From NCBI GenBank assembly GCA_040220235.1, contig JAVJTO010000024.1: 64,000 nt of DNA. The stretch is one strand, 5' to 3'. This DNA is from Coleofasciculus sp. B1-GNL1-01 (GTDB taxonomy: Bacteria > Cyanobacteriota > Cyanobacteriia > Cyanobacteriales > Coleofasciculaceae). The translations under genes and the position numbers were made by a program. The notes beneath the pieces were generated by a model, which worked only from the letters and a program-made list of their open reading frames with translations, did no database searches and was not told the origin of the DNA. Positions 1 to 10,759 of this stretch are shown here, one piece after another. How positions within the stretch are numbered: position 1 is the stretch's first letter; each line of letters begins with the position of its first letter.

Positions 1-948
1 GTCATCCAGAAACCCGCTGGTGCGAATGGGCATCAGCGCACATCCGGGTGCGACACCGACAATACCCTGACCATTTTCTTCAGCCACCGCAATCCCCGCA
101 CAAGCGGTGCCATGACTTTCACCAGAACCACTGGGTAGAGGAATAAAGTCTTTGTCTTTAAAGTCTTTGGGGGCGACAATTTTTCCGGTGCCTTGAAAAT
201 CGGGGTGGTTGACATCAATGGCATCATCGGCTACTGCCACGACAATGGAGCGATCGCCTCGGGTGATATCCCAGGCTTTTTCGATGTCGATATGAGAATT
301 GGAGGCTAAATTTGTACCGCCGCTATGATTTAGATACCACTGTTGAGGGTATAAGGGGTCTTGGGGATGGTAGCTTGGCAGTTTGGGGACAATGATCTGG
401 GGTTCTGCGGTTAAGACTTCGGGGCGTGTGATCAGTCGATTGGCTATTTTCAGCGGATTCTCTGGGCAATTGGGGGTGAGTTGAAAGACAAAGGTGTTGG
501 GAATACCAATAAGCGATCGCACCGATTCTAAGCCAAATTCCGTCTCAATGGCTGAGATGGTGGCGTCATCGGTGTCGGGGTGAAATTGAATCGTTAGTTG
601 ATCGCCCAGATAAATGAAGGTCGCCGGATTGTCCTTAAGCTGGTATACATGACTAGCAAAGGCAACATCTTCGCGATCGCGTGCCGCTTGCATTATCTCA
701 TCCCGGTGTTCGGCATCAACCGTAAATTCAACAAGCTGAGTGCGGGGAATTTGGCGCTGGTGGTGGATACTCAGGGCTTGTTCAAGCTGCTCGACGGAGA
801 TTTCAGGGGAGCAAAGGGTGAAGCGATCGCGCACCTTGAGTAATCCTAGTTCTTCACCGCCCCGTTGCAAGAGCAGACCGATACTGTCTTCGGGAATCGG
901 TGTGGTTTGAGGAGAATCTTCTGGTACAGAATCAGGATGCGGGATCAT
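1..948 (-). CDS. S8 (subtilisin-like) serine protease, 5' part; runs off the left edge of the window
   Basis: Not in the ORF track. Manual translation from ATG at 948 gives MIPHPDSVPED...DPLYPQQWYLNHSGG...IDIEKAWDITRGDRSIVVAVADDAIDVNHPDF...SHGTACAGLAVAEENGQGIVGVAPG, which contains the S8 catalytic Asp and His motifs. Confidence 0.9.
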   Translation of the reverse strand, partial: MIPHPDSVPEDSPQTTPIPEDSIGLLLQRGGEELGLLKVRDRFTLCSPEISVEQLEQALSIHHQRQIPRTQLVEFTVDAEHRDEIMQAARDREDVAFASHVYQLKDNPATFIYLGDQLTIQFHPDTDDATISAIETEFGLESVRSLIGIPNTFVFQLTPNCPENPLKIANRLITRPEVLTAEPQIIVPKLPSYHPQDPLYPQQWYLNHSGGTNLASNSHIDIEKAWDITRGDRSIVVAVADDAIDVNHPDFQGTGKIVAPKDFKDKDFIPLPSGSGESHGTACAGIAVAEENGQGIVGVAPGCALMPIRTSGFLDD

Positions 949-1235
949 GGTTTAGAATGGATTACTCGTCAATCGTACAAGATCATTAATTATGACTATT
1001 TTTCTTTATCCTATTACTCCGGATTTCTAAGAAACCTTCCGGGTATTGTTTCAGTCTAGCTGGTTTAGACAGTAGAACTGCCTTGGAACCGGGTCATCGC
1101 TGATGGTTAGTGATGGGCGACAAATTCCTTGCCCTCAAGTTTAGCGATCGTCATCTGACTCCCCTTGCCGCATCTGTCGATGGTAAGATACCCGACAGGT
1201 TCTGTGTTTGTTAAAATACTATCCCTATTTTTTAC

Positions 1236-1862
1236 ATGATCTCTTCTGGAACGATTCATAGCCTTGGCTTTACCTGCCTTGTTGCCTTTCCCTTCACAAC
1301 GAGTGTGGCGCTCTTATCCCCCGCCCACGCTCAAACTCAAGTGGCTGCGCTTCCAGAAGAGGTCAGCCAAATGCAGCTTGAACCAGATGATTCTACTGAG
1401 CTACGCCCCTTAACTCAGGAAGATAGTCTGCTGAGTTTACAGGGGGGACAGCGGTTAATGGTAGAGGCAAATCAAGCCATTGAAGCTCAAGACTATACGT
1501 TAGCCTCTCAAAAACTTCAGCAGGCGCGTCAAGTTTTCAACCAATTGTCTAATTTCTATCAGCAGTTGGCTGAAAGTTTTTCGGGAATTGATAACCGGAT
1601 TTTCAATGAACATCGGCAAAACGCGCTGCAAACGGCAGAAATGCGGGATGAAGCCACCTATCAATTGGCGTTGGTACATCGCGCCCAAGATCAACCGGAA
1701 TTAGCGGTTCCCTTACTGATTCAGATCATTCGTTCTCAGAATCCCACCCGTGATTTGGGCAAAAAAGCTTACCAGCAGCTTTTTGAATTGGGATTCGTCG
1801 GTTCTCCCTTCCCCCCCTCTGGTAATAGCGAACCAACTTCATCCGTGACTCCAGAACGTTAA
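1236..1862 (+). CDS. Conserved hypothetical protein with signal peptide and TPR-like helices
   Basis: 208-aa ORF with N-terminal hydrophobic segment ending AHA, then a helical repeat region; upstream of bolA. Confidence 0.7.
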   Translation: MISSGTIHSLGFTCLVAFPFTTSVALLSPAHAQTQVAALPEEVSQMQLEPDDSTELRPLTQEDSLLSLQGGQRLMVEANQAIEAQDYTLASQKLQQARQVFNQLSNFYQQLAESFSGIDNRIFNEHRQNALQTAEMRDEATYQLALVHRAQDQPELAVPLLIQIIRSQNPTRDLGKKAYQQLFELGFVGSPFPPSGNSEPTSSVTPER

Positions 1863-1899
1863 ATTAATATGTAGAACGTTGAAGAAAAATGGAGTGGGT

Positions 1900-2160
1900 A
1901 TGATTAGTCCAGAGCAAGTAGAGGCAATGATCAAAGCAGAACTTCCTGATGCTCAGGTACAGGTGCAAGACTTAACCGGCGGCGGAGATCATCTGCAAGC
2001 GATTGTTGTGTCCTCCCAGTTTGAAGGCAAAAGCTTGGTAAAACAGCACCAGCTTGTTTATGGCGCTCTCCAGCAAGCAATGGCAAGCGAAGCCATTCAC
2101 GCCCTAGCGCTGAAAACCTATACCCCTGAATCGTGGCAAGCTACCCGTCAGGCTGTATAA
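1900..2160 (+). CDS. bolA: BolA family protein
   Basis: [28 protein letters not shown]...IHALAL motif; ATG at 1900 follows GGAG. Confidence 0.93.
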   Translation: MISPEQVEAMIKAELPDAQVQVQDLTGGGDHLQAIVVSSQFEGKSLVKQHQLVYGALQQAMASEAIHALALKTYTPESWQATRQAV

Positions 2161-2213
2161 ACTCTCGCTACACTAGACCCATACAAAACTACAAAAGACA
2201 TTTCAGCAAAGCT

Positions 2214-2537
2214 ATGACGCCAGCAGTTAAAGAACGGATTGACCAGCTCATCAACCAGGACAAAATTGTGGTGTTTATGAAAGGCACCAAACTGATGCCC
2301 CAATGTGGTTTTTCCAACAATGTCGTCCAAATCCTGAATACCTTGGGTGTTTCCTACGCAACCGTGAATATTCTTGATGATCCGGAACTGCGTCAAGGTA
2401 TTAAGGAATATTCCAATTGGCCCACAATTCCCCAAGTTTACGTCAACGGCGAATTCATTGGTGGTTCAGATGTGATGATCGAGCTTTATCAGAACGGCGA
2501 ATTACAGCAGATGGTCGAAGTGGCATTGGCATCTTGA
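2214..2537 (+). CDS. grxD: Monothiol glutaredoxin (Grx4, CGFS type)
   Basis: [16 protein letters not shown] and [16 protein letters not shown] motifs; adjacent to bolA, the usual pairing. Confidence 0.95.
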   Translation: MTPAVKERIDQLINQDKIVVFMKGTKLMPQCGFSNNVVQILNTLGVSYATVNILDDPELRQGIKEYSNWPTIPQVYVNGEFIGGSDVMIELYQNGELQQMVEVALAS

Positions 2538-2576
2538 CATCTTCCCTGTTCTAAGCTAAAAAGCGCAAAATTAACC

Positions 2577-2602
2577 AAAAAGCCTGCTTAAGCAGGCTTT
2601 TT
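2577..2602. terminator. Bidirectional rho-independent terminator
   Basis: Perfect palindrome AAAAAGCCTGCTTAAGCAGGCTTTTT between convergent genes. Confidence 0.8.
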
Positions 2603-2649
2603 CGATCTATGTAGTTTTTCAGGGTTGAGCGTACATCCAAATGTAGGAG

Positions 2650-2848
2650 TAGGGTCTGCTGAATAAGTTTGGTGGTGGGGATAGGGAACAGGGGAAGCAG
2701 GGGGAGCAGGGGGAGCCATGGTACATTTTCCCTGGTAGCGGTGCAAGGATATAAAAGGGTTTAACCCTTTTTCCTTGAACAGGAGCAAATGTCAATGCCA
2801 CTCAAAGCCTTGACAGCTAAGGGTTTGGGGGGTGTGCAGCAAGCCCTA
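2650..2848. mobile_element. MITE-like element (TIR TAGGGnnTGCTG) with internal STRR
   Basis: Ends TAGGGTCTGCTGAATAAG and TGTGCAGCAAGCCCTA. A related end occurs reverse-complemented at about 61350-61404 (TAGGGGCTGCTGAATAAGT). Confidence 0.55.
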
Positions 2849-2864
2849 ATTACCTCATCCAGTT

Positions 2865-3116
2865 TTAATAGTAATCGGTTTCGGGTTCTGGTAAGGGTAC
2901 AGCTTCAAAGTTGGAGGGATCGCGTAGATAACGAACAGCATCTTCCTCCAAGCGATGAATCAAATAAACTTCTATAGCATTACTATGTCGAAGAGCATCA
3001 AGATAGCCATCAATGTATAACCGCAGTTCGTCAAAGCGATATCCCCGGTTCCACATAAAAACTAGAGCATCTGTAAGTTGCTGATAGTAGCGTATGGTTC
3101 GAGTGTCTTGAAGCAT
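2865..3116 (-). CDS. Small conserved cyanobacterial protein (DUF6761-like)
   Basis: 83-aa ORF MLQDTRTIRYYQQLTDALV..., downstream of the response regulator on the same strand. Confidence 0.7.
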   Translation of the reverse strand: MLQDTRTIRYYQQLTDALVFMWNRGYRFDELRLYIDGYLDALRHSNAIEVYLIHRLEEDAVRYLRDPSNFEAVPLPEPETDYY

Positions 3117-3342
3117 GGTCTAAAGCAGTGTGAATTCGGTATTTTAGCGTTAGAGTTACTCATTGTCAATTCTTTCAAATTGATCCCTAGCAACTCCAGC
3201 TAGCCCTTACTACTATTGTGCCTTAGATCAGTTGGCAATGTGGTCACCTGATTGACAGAAATGAACAACTCCGCCCATACTGCGTGATGATTTCCATCAT
3301 AAATCAGCCAACGAAATTTTCTATCACAACCAAGCGATTTAG

Positions 3343-4044
3343 TCAATCCACTAAATGATTTTCTAGGGCAAAACGCACAATTTCGGCACGGTTGCTGGTT
3401 TCTGTTTTTCTCAGGAGACTGCTGACGTATTTTTCAATTGTCCGAGGACTCAGGTGTAGCTTGTTCCCAATTTCGCTATTGGATAACCCTGTGGTCAGTA
3501 ACTCTAAAACCTGTTGTTCCCGCTGAGTTAGATAGAGTTCATTGGATGGGGAGGTGGGGGAGGCGATCGCACGAGGAGTTGATTCGGATTTGGGCGTCGC
3601 CTCCGTCGTCTCCGGCGATGGGGTTGATGGTCCTGTATCAGTGGAAGAAAATCGTAATTCGGCTTGCATCATCTGAGACCGTTCCAGCAGATTCCGAATT
3701 ACAGCACTCAATTCCTTCATTTCAAAGGGTTTGGGCAAATACAAGTCACATCCTAACTGATAGCCCTTAATCCGCTCCTCAGTACTACTGCGCTCCGTTA
3801 AAAAAACCACAGGTAACAAGCGGAAAGCTGGTCGTTTCCGAACTTGTTGCACAAGTTCATAGCCATTCAATTTCGGCATATTGATATCGGTGACGATTAG
3901 GTGAGGATGATACTTGTCAATCAGAGACAGAGCCTCTTGACCATCTTCTGCCGTTACAACTGAATAGCCTGACATTTCCAGGTAATCGCTCACAGAAAGA
4001 CGAGTACCTAGGTTGTCATCTACAACCAGGATTATCAATGGCAT
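3343..4044 (-). CDS. NarL/LuxR-family response regulator (Ycf29/Rre1-like paralog)
   Basis: REC domain (LVVDD, TDINMP, KPF) plus LuxR HTH LTQREQQVLELLTTGLSNSEIG. Confidence 0.92.
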   Translation of the reverse strand: MPLIILVVDDNLGTRLSVSDYLEMSGYSVVTAEDGQEALSLIDKYHPHLIVTDINMPKLNGYELVQQVRKRPAFRLLPVVFLTERSSTEERIKGYQLGCDLYLPKPFEMKELSAVIRNLLERSQMMQAELRFSSTDTGPSTPSPETTEATPKSESTPRAIASPTSPSNELYLTQREQQVLELLTTGLSNSEIGNKLHLSPRTIEKYVSSLLRKTETSNRAEIVRFALENHLVD

Positions 4045-4281
4045 GAGAATAACTGCAATACAAGCCTATATAATAGTTGAGACATCTAGGAACTTTCTAG
4101 AGCATCGATGCAATACCCACAGTTAGCGGACTCTAACAAGTGAGGGATTTCACCATCGCTTATCTGTAATAAGTCTGTCCTAACCTTTACGGTGACAACT
4201 CTAACGTGTCGCTTCTGTCAACAAGTCATGAACTTGTGGGAATGACCGGTTCTCCTTGCGTCCACTTGTAAACGTTAGTTC

Positions 4282-4467
4282 CTATTGACCAAACTCAATC
4301 CTAGCTTGCTCAACAATATCTACGGTAACGACATCCAAATCAGCCTCACGAGCTAAATGCTCAATCCGTTGTCGAGCTTGAGTACGCACAAAATACGGTA
4401 TTTTTTTGAGTTTCGCCTTAGCTTCGGGTGTCCAGTCTAAGGTATCTGTATAATTAGCGCTGTTCAT
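4282..4467 (-). CDS. Stand-alone PCP_red (ChlB C-terminal-like) domain protein
   Basis: [30 protein letters not shown] motif. Confidence 0.8.
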   Translation of the reverse strand: MNSANYTDTLDWTPEAKAKLKKIPYFVRTQARQRIEHLAREADLDVVTVDIVEQARIEFGQ

Positions 4468-4520
4468 AGTTCAATGCAAGCGGGAGACTTTTCTCATTCC
4501 GTTTTGATCTTAACCCAGAG

Positions 4521-4657
4521 GGGCAAGGGGGGAAGCGGGGGAAGCTGGGGAAGCTGGGGGAGCGGGGGAAGCTGGGGGAGCTGGGGGAGCTGGGGAAGCT
4601 GGGGGAGCTGGGGAAGCAAACCAATGACGAATGACGAATGACGAATGACAAATGACG
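4521..4657. repeat. STRR tract: GGGGAAGCT/GGGGGAGCT 9-mers followed by AATGACG 7-mers
   Basis: Tandem units read directly from the sequence. Confidence 0.9.
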
Positions 4658-4687
4658 ATCAGAGCCGTTAACTTTGATTTTGTATAT

Positions 4688-5638
4688 CTACTTAACGTGA
4701 ATACTCAAAACGTCCTCCATCCCAGCTAACCAATCGAGTAACATCTGATTAAACTGTTCTGGACATTCATCATGAGGACAATGACCCGCATTATCCAACT
4801 CGATCAACTTGATACTCGGGTTGAGAGCGGCAAACTGTTGGGCTAACTGGGAAGGAATCATCCGGTCTTGACGCCCCCAAATTAACAGTATAGGACTATC
4901 CAAAGTCGGCAAAACCGATTTGACCGGAAGACCAAATTTAGATGAGGTCATCCCTTTAAACAGCGCACTAAATGTAGCCGCCGCCCCGCGATCGCGAGCA
5001 GGCTGGGTGAGAATGTCCACTAATTCTGCATCAATAGCCCTAGGGTTTGCATAAGCAAGTCCTGCCCATTTCTGGACAATGGATGGGCGTCGCAGCAGAT
5101 AAAAAAGACTTTGGAGAACCACAGGAGACGCGACTAGACCCTCAACTGTTGATACCACAGGTCTCAGCCAACCCGGAAGTGCCTCTTCTCGCAGGGAAAA
5201 ATCTGGCAAATTAATCAAGGCGAGTCCCTTAACCATCTCCGGGTGAGTGGCGGCTGCGCTCAGAGCTACCAGTGAACCGATGGAGTTACCTACTAAGACT
5301 ACGGGGTGTTGGATCAAGGTTCGCCAGAATTCATAAACTTGATTGACCCACAACTCAATCGTATAGGTTGTCCCAGCTTTGCGCGAACTGCCAAACCCCA
5401 ACAGATCTAGCGCATAAACCGGGTAGTTCTGACCCAGTACAGGTAGGTTATGACGCCAATGTCCGATGGAAGTCCCAAATCCATGCAGCAGCAGAACGGG
5501 AGGAGTCAATGTTGAGTGAGACTGCGGTGGACGAATATAGGTGTAACGAGTCTGCCAACCTTGCCAAACCCAGTCTCGTTGATTGCCGACTCGTTGCTGC
5601 CACGATACCGATGGATTCACACCATGCCTCAACTTCAA
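4688..5638 (-). CDS. Alpha/beta fold hydrolase
   Basis: LLLHGFG, GNSIG nucleophile elbow, and GHCPHDE motifs. Confidence 0.92.
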   Translation of the reverse strand: MKLRHGVNPSVSWQQRVGNQRDWVWQGWQTRYTYIRPPQSHSTLTPPVLLLHGFGTSIGHWRHNLPVLGQNYPVYALDLLGFGSSRKAGTTYTIELWVNQVYEFWRTLIQHPVVLVGNSIGSLVALSAAATHPEMVKGLALINLPDFSLREEALPGWLRPVVSTVEGLVASPVVLQSLFYLLRRPSIVQKWAGLAYANPRAIDAELVDILTQPARDRGAAATFSALFKGMTSSKFGLPVKSVLPTLDSPILLIWGRQDRMIPSQLAQQFAALNPSIKLIELDNAGHCPHDECPEQFNQMLLDWLAGMEDVLSIHVK

Positions 5639-5901
5639 AAACGTTTACAACTCCTTACCTATTATTGTAGTGGTTTCTTCAGGTTACTCTCTACAGCAGA
5701 TGCCCCATAACCCAGGAAAAATCAGGACTAACAAACGCCTCAAATATTCCCTCTCTGGTGAGGGTTTCTCTGCCATCCCCCGGCAATTTGGAAGTTACGT
5801 TAAAAAGATGGACAGAAACTGGATCAGAGTCAGTAGAATGGCAAGTAAAATCCGCTTACTTTTATCCAACCCTTAACAACTAGAAATTCAAGCAGACACC
5901 C

Positions 5902-6429
5902 GTGAGTGATAGAAGACGCCAACGCGATCTACCCCAAATCAACGAAAGAATCCGCTATCCTAAGATTCGTGCGATTGATACCGATGGCACACAGCTAGGA
6001 ATCATTGCTCCTCAAGAGGCTTTACGCATCGCTGAGGAAAAAGAATTGGATCTTGTCTTGGTTAGCGATAAGGCAGATCCGCCCGTGTGCCGCATCATGG
6101 ACTACGGCAAATACAAATTTGAACAGGAGAAGAAAGCCCGCGAAGCCCGGAAGAAGCAACACACGGCGGACGTCAAAGAAGTCAAGATGCGCTATAAGAT
6201 TGATGATCATGACTACCAGGTGCGTGTCAACGCAGCTAGGCGCTTTCTGAAATCAGGAGATAAAGTTAAAGCCACGATTACCTTTCGGGGGCGAGAAATT
6301 CAGCACGCTAACTTAGCCGAAGACTTGCTCAAGCGCATGGCAACGGATTTACAGGACGTTGCTGAAGTGCAGCAAGCCCCCAAACGGGAAGGTCGTAATA
6401 TGATGATGCTACTCTCTTCCAAAAAATAA
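5902..6429 (+). CDS. infC: Translation initiation factor IF-3
   Basis: [25 protein letters not shown] and [12 protein letters not shown] motifs. Confidence 0.97.
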   Translation: MSDRRRQRDLPQINERIRYPKIRAIDTDGTQLGIIAPQEALRIAEEKELDLVLVSDKADPPVCRIMDYGKYKFEQEKKAREARKKQHTADVKEVKMRYKIDDHDYQVRVNAARRFLKSGDKVKATITFRGREIQHANLAEDLLKRMATDLQDVAEVQQAPKREGRNMMMLLSSKK

Positions 6430-6525
6430 GACTTGGGTTCATTGGTCATTAGTTATTAGTCATGGGTTAGCCGCTATGGACTATAGCTAATGACTTAGGA
6501 CTAACGACTAAGGACAAACTGCTAA

Positions 6526-9500
6526 ATGAAACTACAAACTCGTACTCGCATTCAAAATGAATGGGTACGGCGAATCCTAGAATTGGTCAATCTTCGTCCA
6601 GAAGAAGGCGAGCGCACCTTTTTGATGTTCGCCTTCTACACCGCTACCTCAGTTGGGCTGCTTTGGTTTGAGTATAGTGCGACAGCACTGTTCTTGGACG
6701 AGTATGGTGCAAAGTGGTTACCCGTCATTTATATCGCCAGTTCCCTGATGGTTTCTGGACTAGGGGTTTTATACTCTTGGCTACAAGAACGGGTACCGAT
6801 GAGGGGTGTCTTGGTCACAGTCGCTTTCTTAACGGGCGTACCCTTGTTGATCTTACGGTTGACCTTAGGCTTTAGCTATTTAAATGGTTTAATCGCCTTG
6901 GGAACCGTTTTTCTGTTGCGATTGTGGATGGATGCGGTAGAAGTTCTCAATGATCTCAACTCTCAAGTTGCCGCGAATCAATTATTCAATATTCGGGAAA
7001 TTAAGCGCACCTATCCGATTGTGTCATCAGGACTCTTAGTGGCTGATGTTATCTCCGGTTTTTCTTTACCCCTGCTGCTGTTGGTTGTCGGCACAATTCA
7101 AAACGTTCTCGTGGTGGCGGCGTTGATGATGATGGTTGGCGCTGGCACTTTGTTTTATTTAACCCAACGCTACCAGCAAGCCTTTCCTAACTTACCCACA
7201 AGGGACTGGGAAGACGATGACCAGGAATTTGTGGTTCGCCGCACTACCGGACATCTACAACGCTATATTGTTCCGTTATTTGCCTTCTTTATTCTCGGTG
7301 AAGCCCTGTATCTGCTGGTAGAGTTCCAGTATCTGGGTCAATTAGAGGCAAATTTAGAAGCCTCAGATATTGCTGGGTTTTTGGGGTTATTCAGTGGGAT
7401 TGTCGGCATATTTGAACTCACCTCTCAGTGGTTTCTATCCAGTCGCGCCGTGGAACGTCTGGGCGTCTTTGTCGCTGCGATGATGCTACCTGCGTCCTTA
7501 GCGATTATGGGCTTAATCACATTGAGTGGTTTACTGGATGTGGTGATTAAGCTATTCGGTGCAGTCATTACCATTCCCGGATTCGTGACCGGATTATTCG
7601 TCGGTCTAATTTTCCTGCGGTTTATTGACGAACTCCTGCGCTATACCTTAATTGCCGGAATTGAACCGTTCTTGTTTCAACCGATACCCGAAGGAATTCG
7701 CAGTAGCCTGCAAACCCGAGTACAGGGAATTGCAGAACCCATAACCACGGGTGTTACGGGCATTAGTATGCTCGCTGGGATCTGGCTGTTGCATCACGTA
7801 TTTCCGGGACAGCCAGAAACCCAAATTCAACAATGGCAGAGTGGTATGTTTATTCTTGCCATTGTGTTTTTCTCCCTCATCTGGTTGCTGAGTGCTTGGT
7901 CGATGCGCTCGACTTACGTTACCTTGCTGGTTGATAGCGCTGAACAAGGACGTTTGGGATTTTCTGATGTTGACTTAAAGGCGTTCAAGCGAACGGTAAT
8001 TGAAACCTTGGAACAACCAGGTACGGAAGCGGATAAACGCTCTTGTATTCAACTGTTATCCCAGATTGACCCCACGAATGTGGGTGAGGTACTGGCTCCC
8101 CTTTTGCCTCGCCTTTCTATTGCGCTTCAGTGTCAGAGTCTAGAGGCGATGTTGGAGTATCCCAACCCCGCCTATTGTCGGGACGTGCAAGTCTTGATTG
8201 AGCAGAAACCGCCCCCAGAAGTGTTGGCGTTGGCGCTGCGCTATGTTTGGCTGACTCAACCGGAATTGGATATTTACACGATTAAACCTTATCTACACGG
8301 AACCGTTGATCCGATGGTGCGAGCCACAGCCGCCGCGATTATCTTACGTCGGGGAACCTCGCAAGAGAAGGCGGAAGCGACAGAGATCCTGCGGCGAATG
8401 GTGATCTCAAAACGAGAACGAGAACGAGTTATGGGGACGCGAGCTTTAGGAGAGGCAGAGTATTTGCAAGCCTTGAGAGTTCATATTCCTCATCTGTTAA
8501 AAGATGAATCGTTGCGTGTCCGTTGCGCTTTATTAGAGGTGATTGCGGCAACTCATTTGGAAGAGTCTTACCCGTCGCTAGTACGAGGACTTTATTATAA
8601 ATCGACTCGTGAAGCGGCTCGCATGGCGTTGGTGCGTCTGGGGAATGAAGCGATTCCGTTGCTGCTGGAGTTGGCAGAAGATATCCATAAACCGGATTTA
8701 GTTCGGGTACAAGCTTGGACGGCGTTGGCGGAGATTGGCACACCCGAAACCCTGAACTATCTGGTGCAACAGCTAATGACGAGTTGGGGGATCAGCCGTC
8801 GTAATATTCTCCGCAGCTTATTGAAAATTCCCAATGAGCAAGGAATCGATGTGGTGCTAGATCAGTTGGGACGGAGTGGGATTGAGACGTTAATTGAGCA
8901 GGAACTGCTGTTTTTGGGTCAGATTTATGCCGCTCTGGTGGATTTGAAGCCAGAACTGATCAGTGGACAGGAGGCAGATTTGCTGCGACGGGCGTTAAAT
9001 GATCAGCAAAAGGATTTGCTGGAGAATTGTTTTTTACTGATGAAGTTTCTTTATCCCGTTGGTGCAATTCAAGCGGCATCCTTTAATCTGGAATCTGAGT
9101 CTCGCTCCAATATTGCGATGGGATTGGAAATACTGGACAATACCATAGATATCCCCCAAAAGCAAGCCTTTTTAGCCTTGTTTGATCGCCGTTCCTTTGG
9201 CGAAAAGCTGGAATGTTTGCAAGAACTGGTGTCTTATCAACCGATGAATCCCAGCGATCGCGTGCGACGATTGATTGAGTTTCGTCATTTTCTCTCGGAT
9301 TGGACGCTGGCTTGTTGTTTCCATTTAGCACGGGCGGCTCATATCAGTTTGACACCAGCAGCAACGTTAGTCTGTCTGCGTCATCCCACGGGTTTTGTCC
9401 GAGAAGCGGTTTTAACCTATTTGAAAGCCGCATCGCCGCGTTCTTGTATTGAGTTACTACCGATGCTTAAACATGATTCCGATCGGTTGGTGGCGGCGGT

Positions 9501-9540
9501 AGCTCAACAGATGAGTAACGAATTTGGTCTGGTGAGTTGA
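6526..9540 (+). CDS. MFS/NTT (TLC-like) membrane transporter fused to C-terminal HEAT repeats
   Basis: About 12 hydrophobic segments in the N-terminal half (NQLFNIREIKRTYPIVSSG), then HEAT-like repeats (LLKDESLRVRCALL). Confidence 0.8.
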   Translation: MKLQTRTRIQNEWVRRILELVNLRPEEGERTFLMFAFYTATSVGLLWFEYSATALFLDEYGAKWLPVIYIASSLMVSGLGVLYSWLQERVPMRGVLVTVAFLTGVPLLILRLTLGFSYLNGLIALGTVFLLRLWMDAVEVLNDLNSQVAANQLFNIREIKRTYPIVSSGLLVADVISGFSLPLLLLVVGTIQNVLVVAALMMMVGAGTLFYLTQRYQQAFPNLPTRDWEDDDQEFVVRRTTGHLQRYIVPLFAFFILGEALYLLVEFQYLGQLEANLEASDIAGFLGLFSGIVGIFELTSQWFLSSRAVERLGVFVAAMMLPASLAIMGLITLSGLLDVVIKLFGAVITIPGFVTGLFVGLIFLRFIDELLRYTLIAGIEPFLFQPIPEGIRSSLQTRVQGIAEPITTGVTGISMLAGIWLLHHVFPGQPETQIQQWQSGMFILAIVFFSLIWLLSAWSMRSTYVTLLVDSAEQGRLGFSDVDLKAFKRTVIETLEQPGTEADKRSCIQLLSQIDPTNVGEVLAPLLPRLSIALQCQSLEAMLEYPNPAYCRDVQVLIEQKPPPEVLALALRYVWLTQPELDIYTIKPYLHGTVDPMVRATAAAIILRRGTSQEKAEATEILRRMVISKRERERVMGTRALGEAEYLQALRVHIPHLLKDESLRVRCALLEVIAATHLEESYPSLVRGLYYKSTREAARMALVRLGNEAIPLLLELAEDIHKPDLVRVQAWTALAEIGTPETLNYLVQQLMTSWGISRRNILRSLLKIPNEQGIDVVLDQLGRSGIETLIEQELLFLGQIYAALVDLKPELISGQEADLLRRALNDQQKDLLENCFLLMKFLYPVGAIQAASFNLESESRSNIAMGLEILDNTIDIPQKQAFLALFDRRSFGEKLECLQELVSYQPMNPSDRVRRLIEFRHFLSDWTLACCFHLARAAHISLTPAATLVCLRHPTGFVREAVLTYLKAASPRSCIELLPMLKHDSDRLVAAVAQQMSNEFGLVS

Positions 9541-9721
9541 TGGAGCAGTCGTTAGGAAAGGTTTATCAAGGGGTTATTGGCTGAATTTTCAGGGATATCA
9601 AGCGAATTGGTGTGTTTATGGTCTCTCAATTCCTCTATTATCAGTCAAAGTGGGATAGAGTAAACTAGAGCTTTCTTTAGCTACACTTAGCACCAATCCC
9701 TAGCAGCTACCCGCTAACTCC

Positions 9722-10204
9722 ATGTTAACCAGCGTTGAGCGTTTACTTTTTGTCAGGGGCGTCCCCATTTTTCAGGAATTGCGGGACGATTTTCTGGTGC
9801 GCGTTGCTTCAGTTATGGATGAGCTATCATTTCCGAGTGATCATACGATTGTTACCCAAGGGGAAGAAGGGCGATCGCTTTATATTGTGGTGTCCGGTTC
9901 CGTGCGGGTTCACATTGGCGATCGCGACTTGGCATATCTGAGGCAAGGTGCTTGTTTTGGCGAGATGTCACTGTTTGATGCTGAACCGCGATCGGCTTCG
10001 GTGACGACATTGGAAACCTGCGAATGTCTGATGCTGACTCAATTGCAATTGTATGACGCCATTGATGAGACGCCAGGAATTGCGATTAATATTATCCGCT
10101 TACTCTCGCGCCGCATTCGAGAACTGAATAATAAGTTGAATGCTTACGAAGTGAAACATCCAGCGTCCGATTTTACCAAAACCAGCAGTAATTTTACGGG
10201 GTAG
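9722..10204 (+). CDS. Cyclic nucleotide-binding domain protein (no HTH)
   Basis: GEEGRSLYIVVSGSV and FGEMSLFDAEPRSASV phosphate-binding cassette. Confidence 0.92.
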   Translation: MLTSVERLLFVRGVPIFQELRDDFLVRVASVMDELSFPSDHTIVTQGEEGRSLYIVVSGSVRVHIGDRDLAYLRQGACFGEMSLFDAEPRSASVTTLETCECLMLTQLQLYDAIDETPGIAINIIRLLSRRIRELNNKLNAYEVKHPASDFTKTSSNFTG

Positions 10205-10317
10205 TTAACAACGAATGGTGTTACAAGCTCGTCGCTTGGTGGTTATAGTGGTTCTAAGCTTGGCTCTTCGGTACTGGTGGTGAAAACTTGATGGGGTGAC
10301 AAGAGACTTGAGGGTAC

Positions 10318-10445
10318 TAAGCTGTCATGCATTTAAATTGGGTATTAGTAGCGAGCAAGATGCAAAGCCTGCGGCATGGCTTCGCTAAACGCACTACAAG
10401 GATTTCATGATTATTGATATTAAGGTTTAAATGCCGAACAGCTTA
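10318..10445. mobile_element. MITE (TIR AGCTGTnnnGCATTTAAA, TA at both ends) carrying a GTAG palindrome
   Basis: TAAGCTGTCATGCATTTAAA...TTTAAATGCCGAACAGCTTA; the first ~80 bp recur nearly identically at 48277-48358. Confidence 0.75.
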
Positions 10446-10759
10446 CTGGGTGTCGGGTTTCTTACTTTTGGTCGGGATCTGGAAAACCTCTCTCCAAACT
10501 ATAGTGTCTCTAACTGGGAGCCGTTGGTTAAGGTTGATATCGAGCAACAATGCCGGGTATCAGCCAAGCGCAAGCGTTAACGGTTATCGACCAAAAGTTA
10601 CACCGTGGACTTATACTAAGACAGAATTACTTATAGGTAGGTTTGTCTAGGTTTTTAGAAGCGGTAGAGGAAATGCCTTATCCAGCAAGCTTTTGTTCCT
10701 ATTCAATACCTTTTCCTGATTACCATAAATACAGGAGAATCTCTTTTCAGGAGGTTAAG

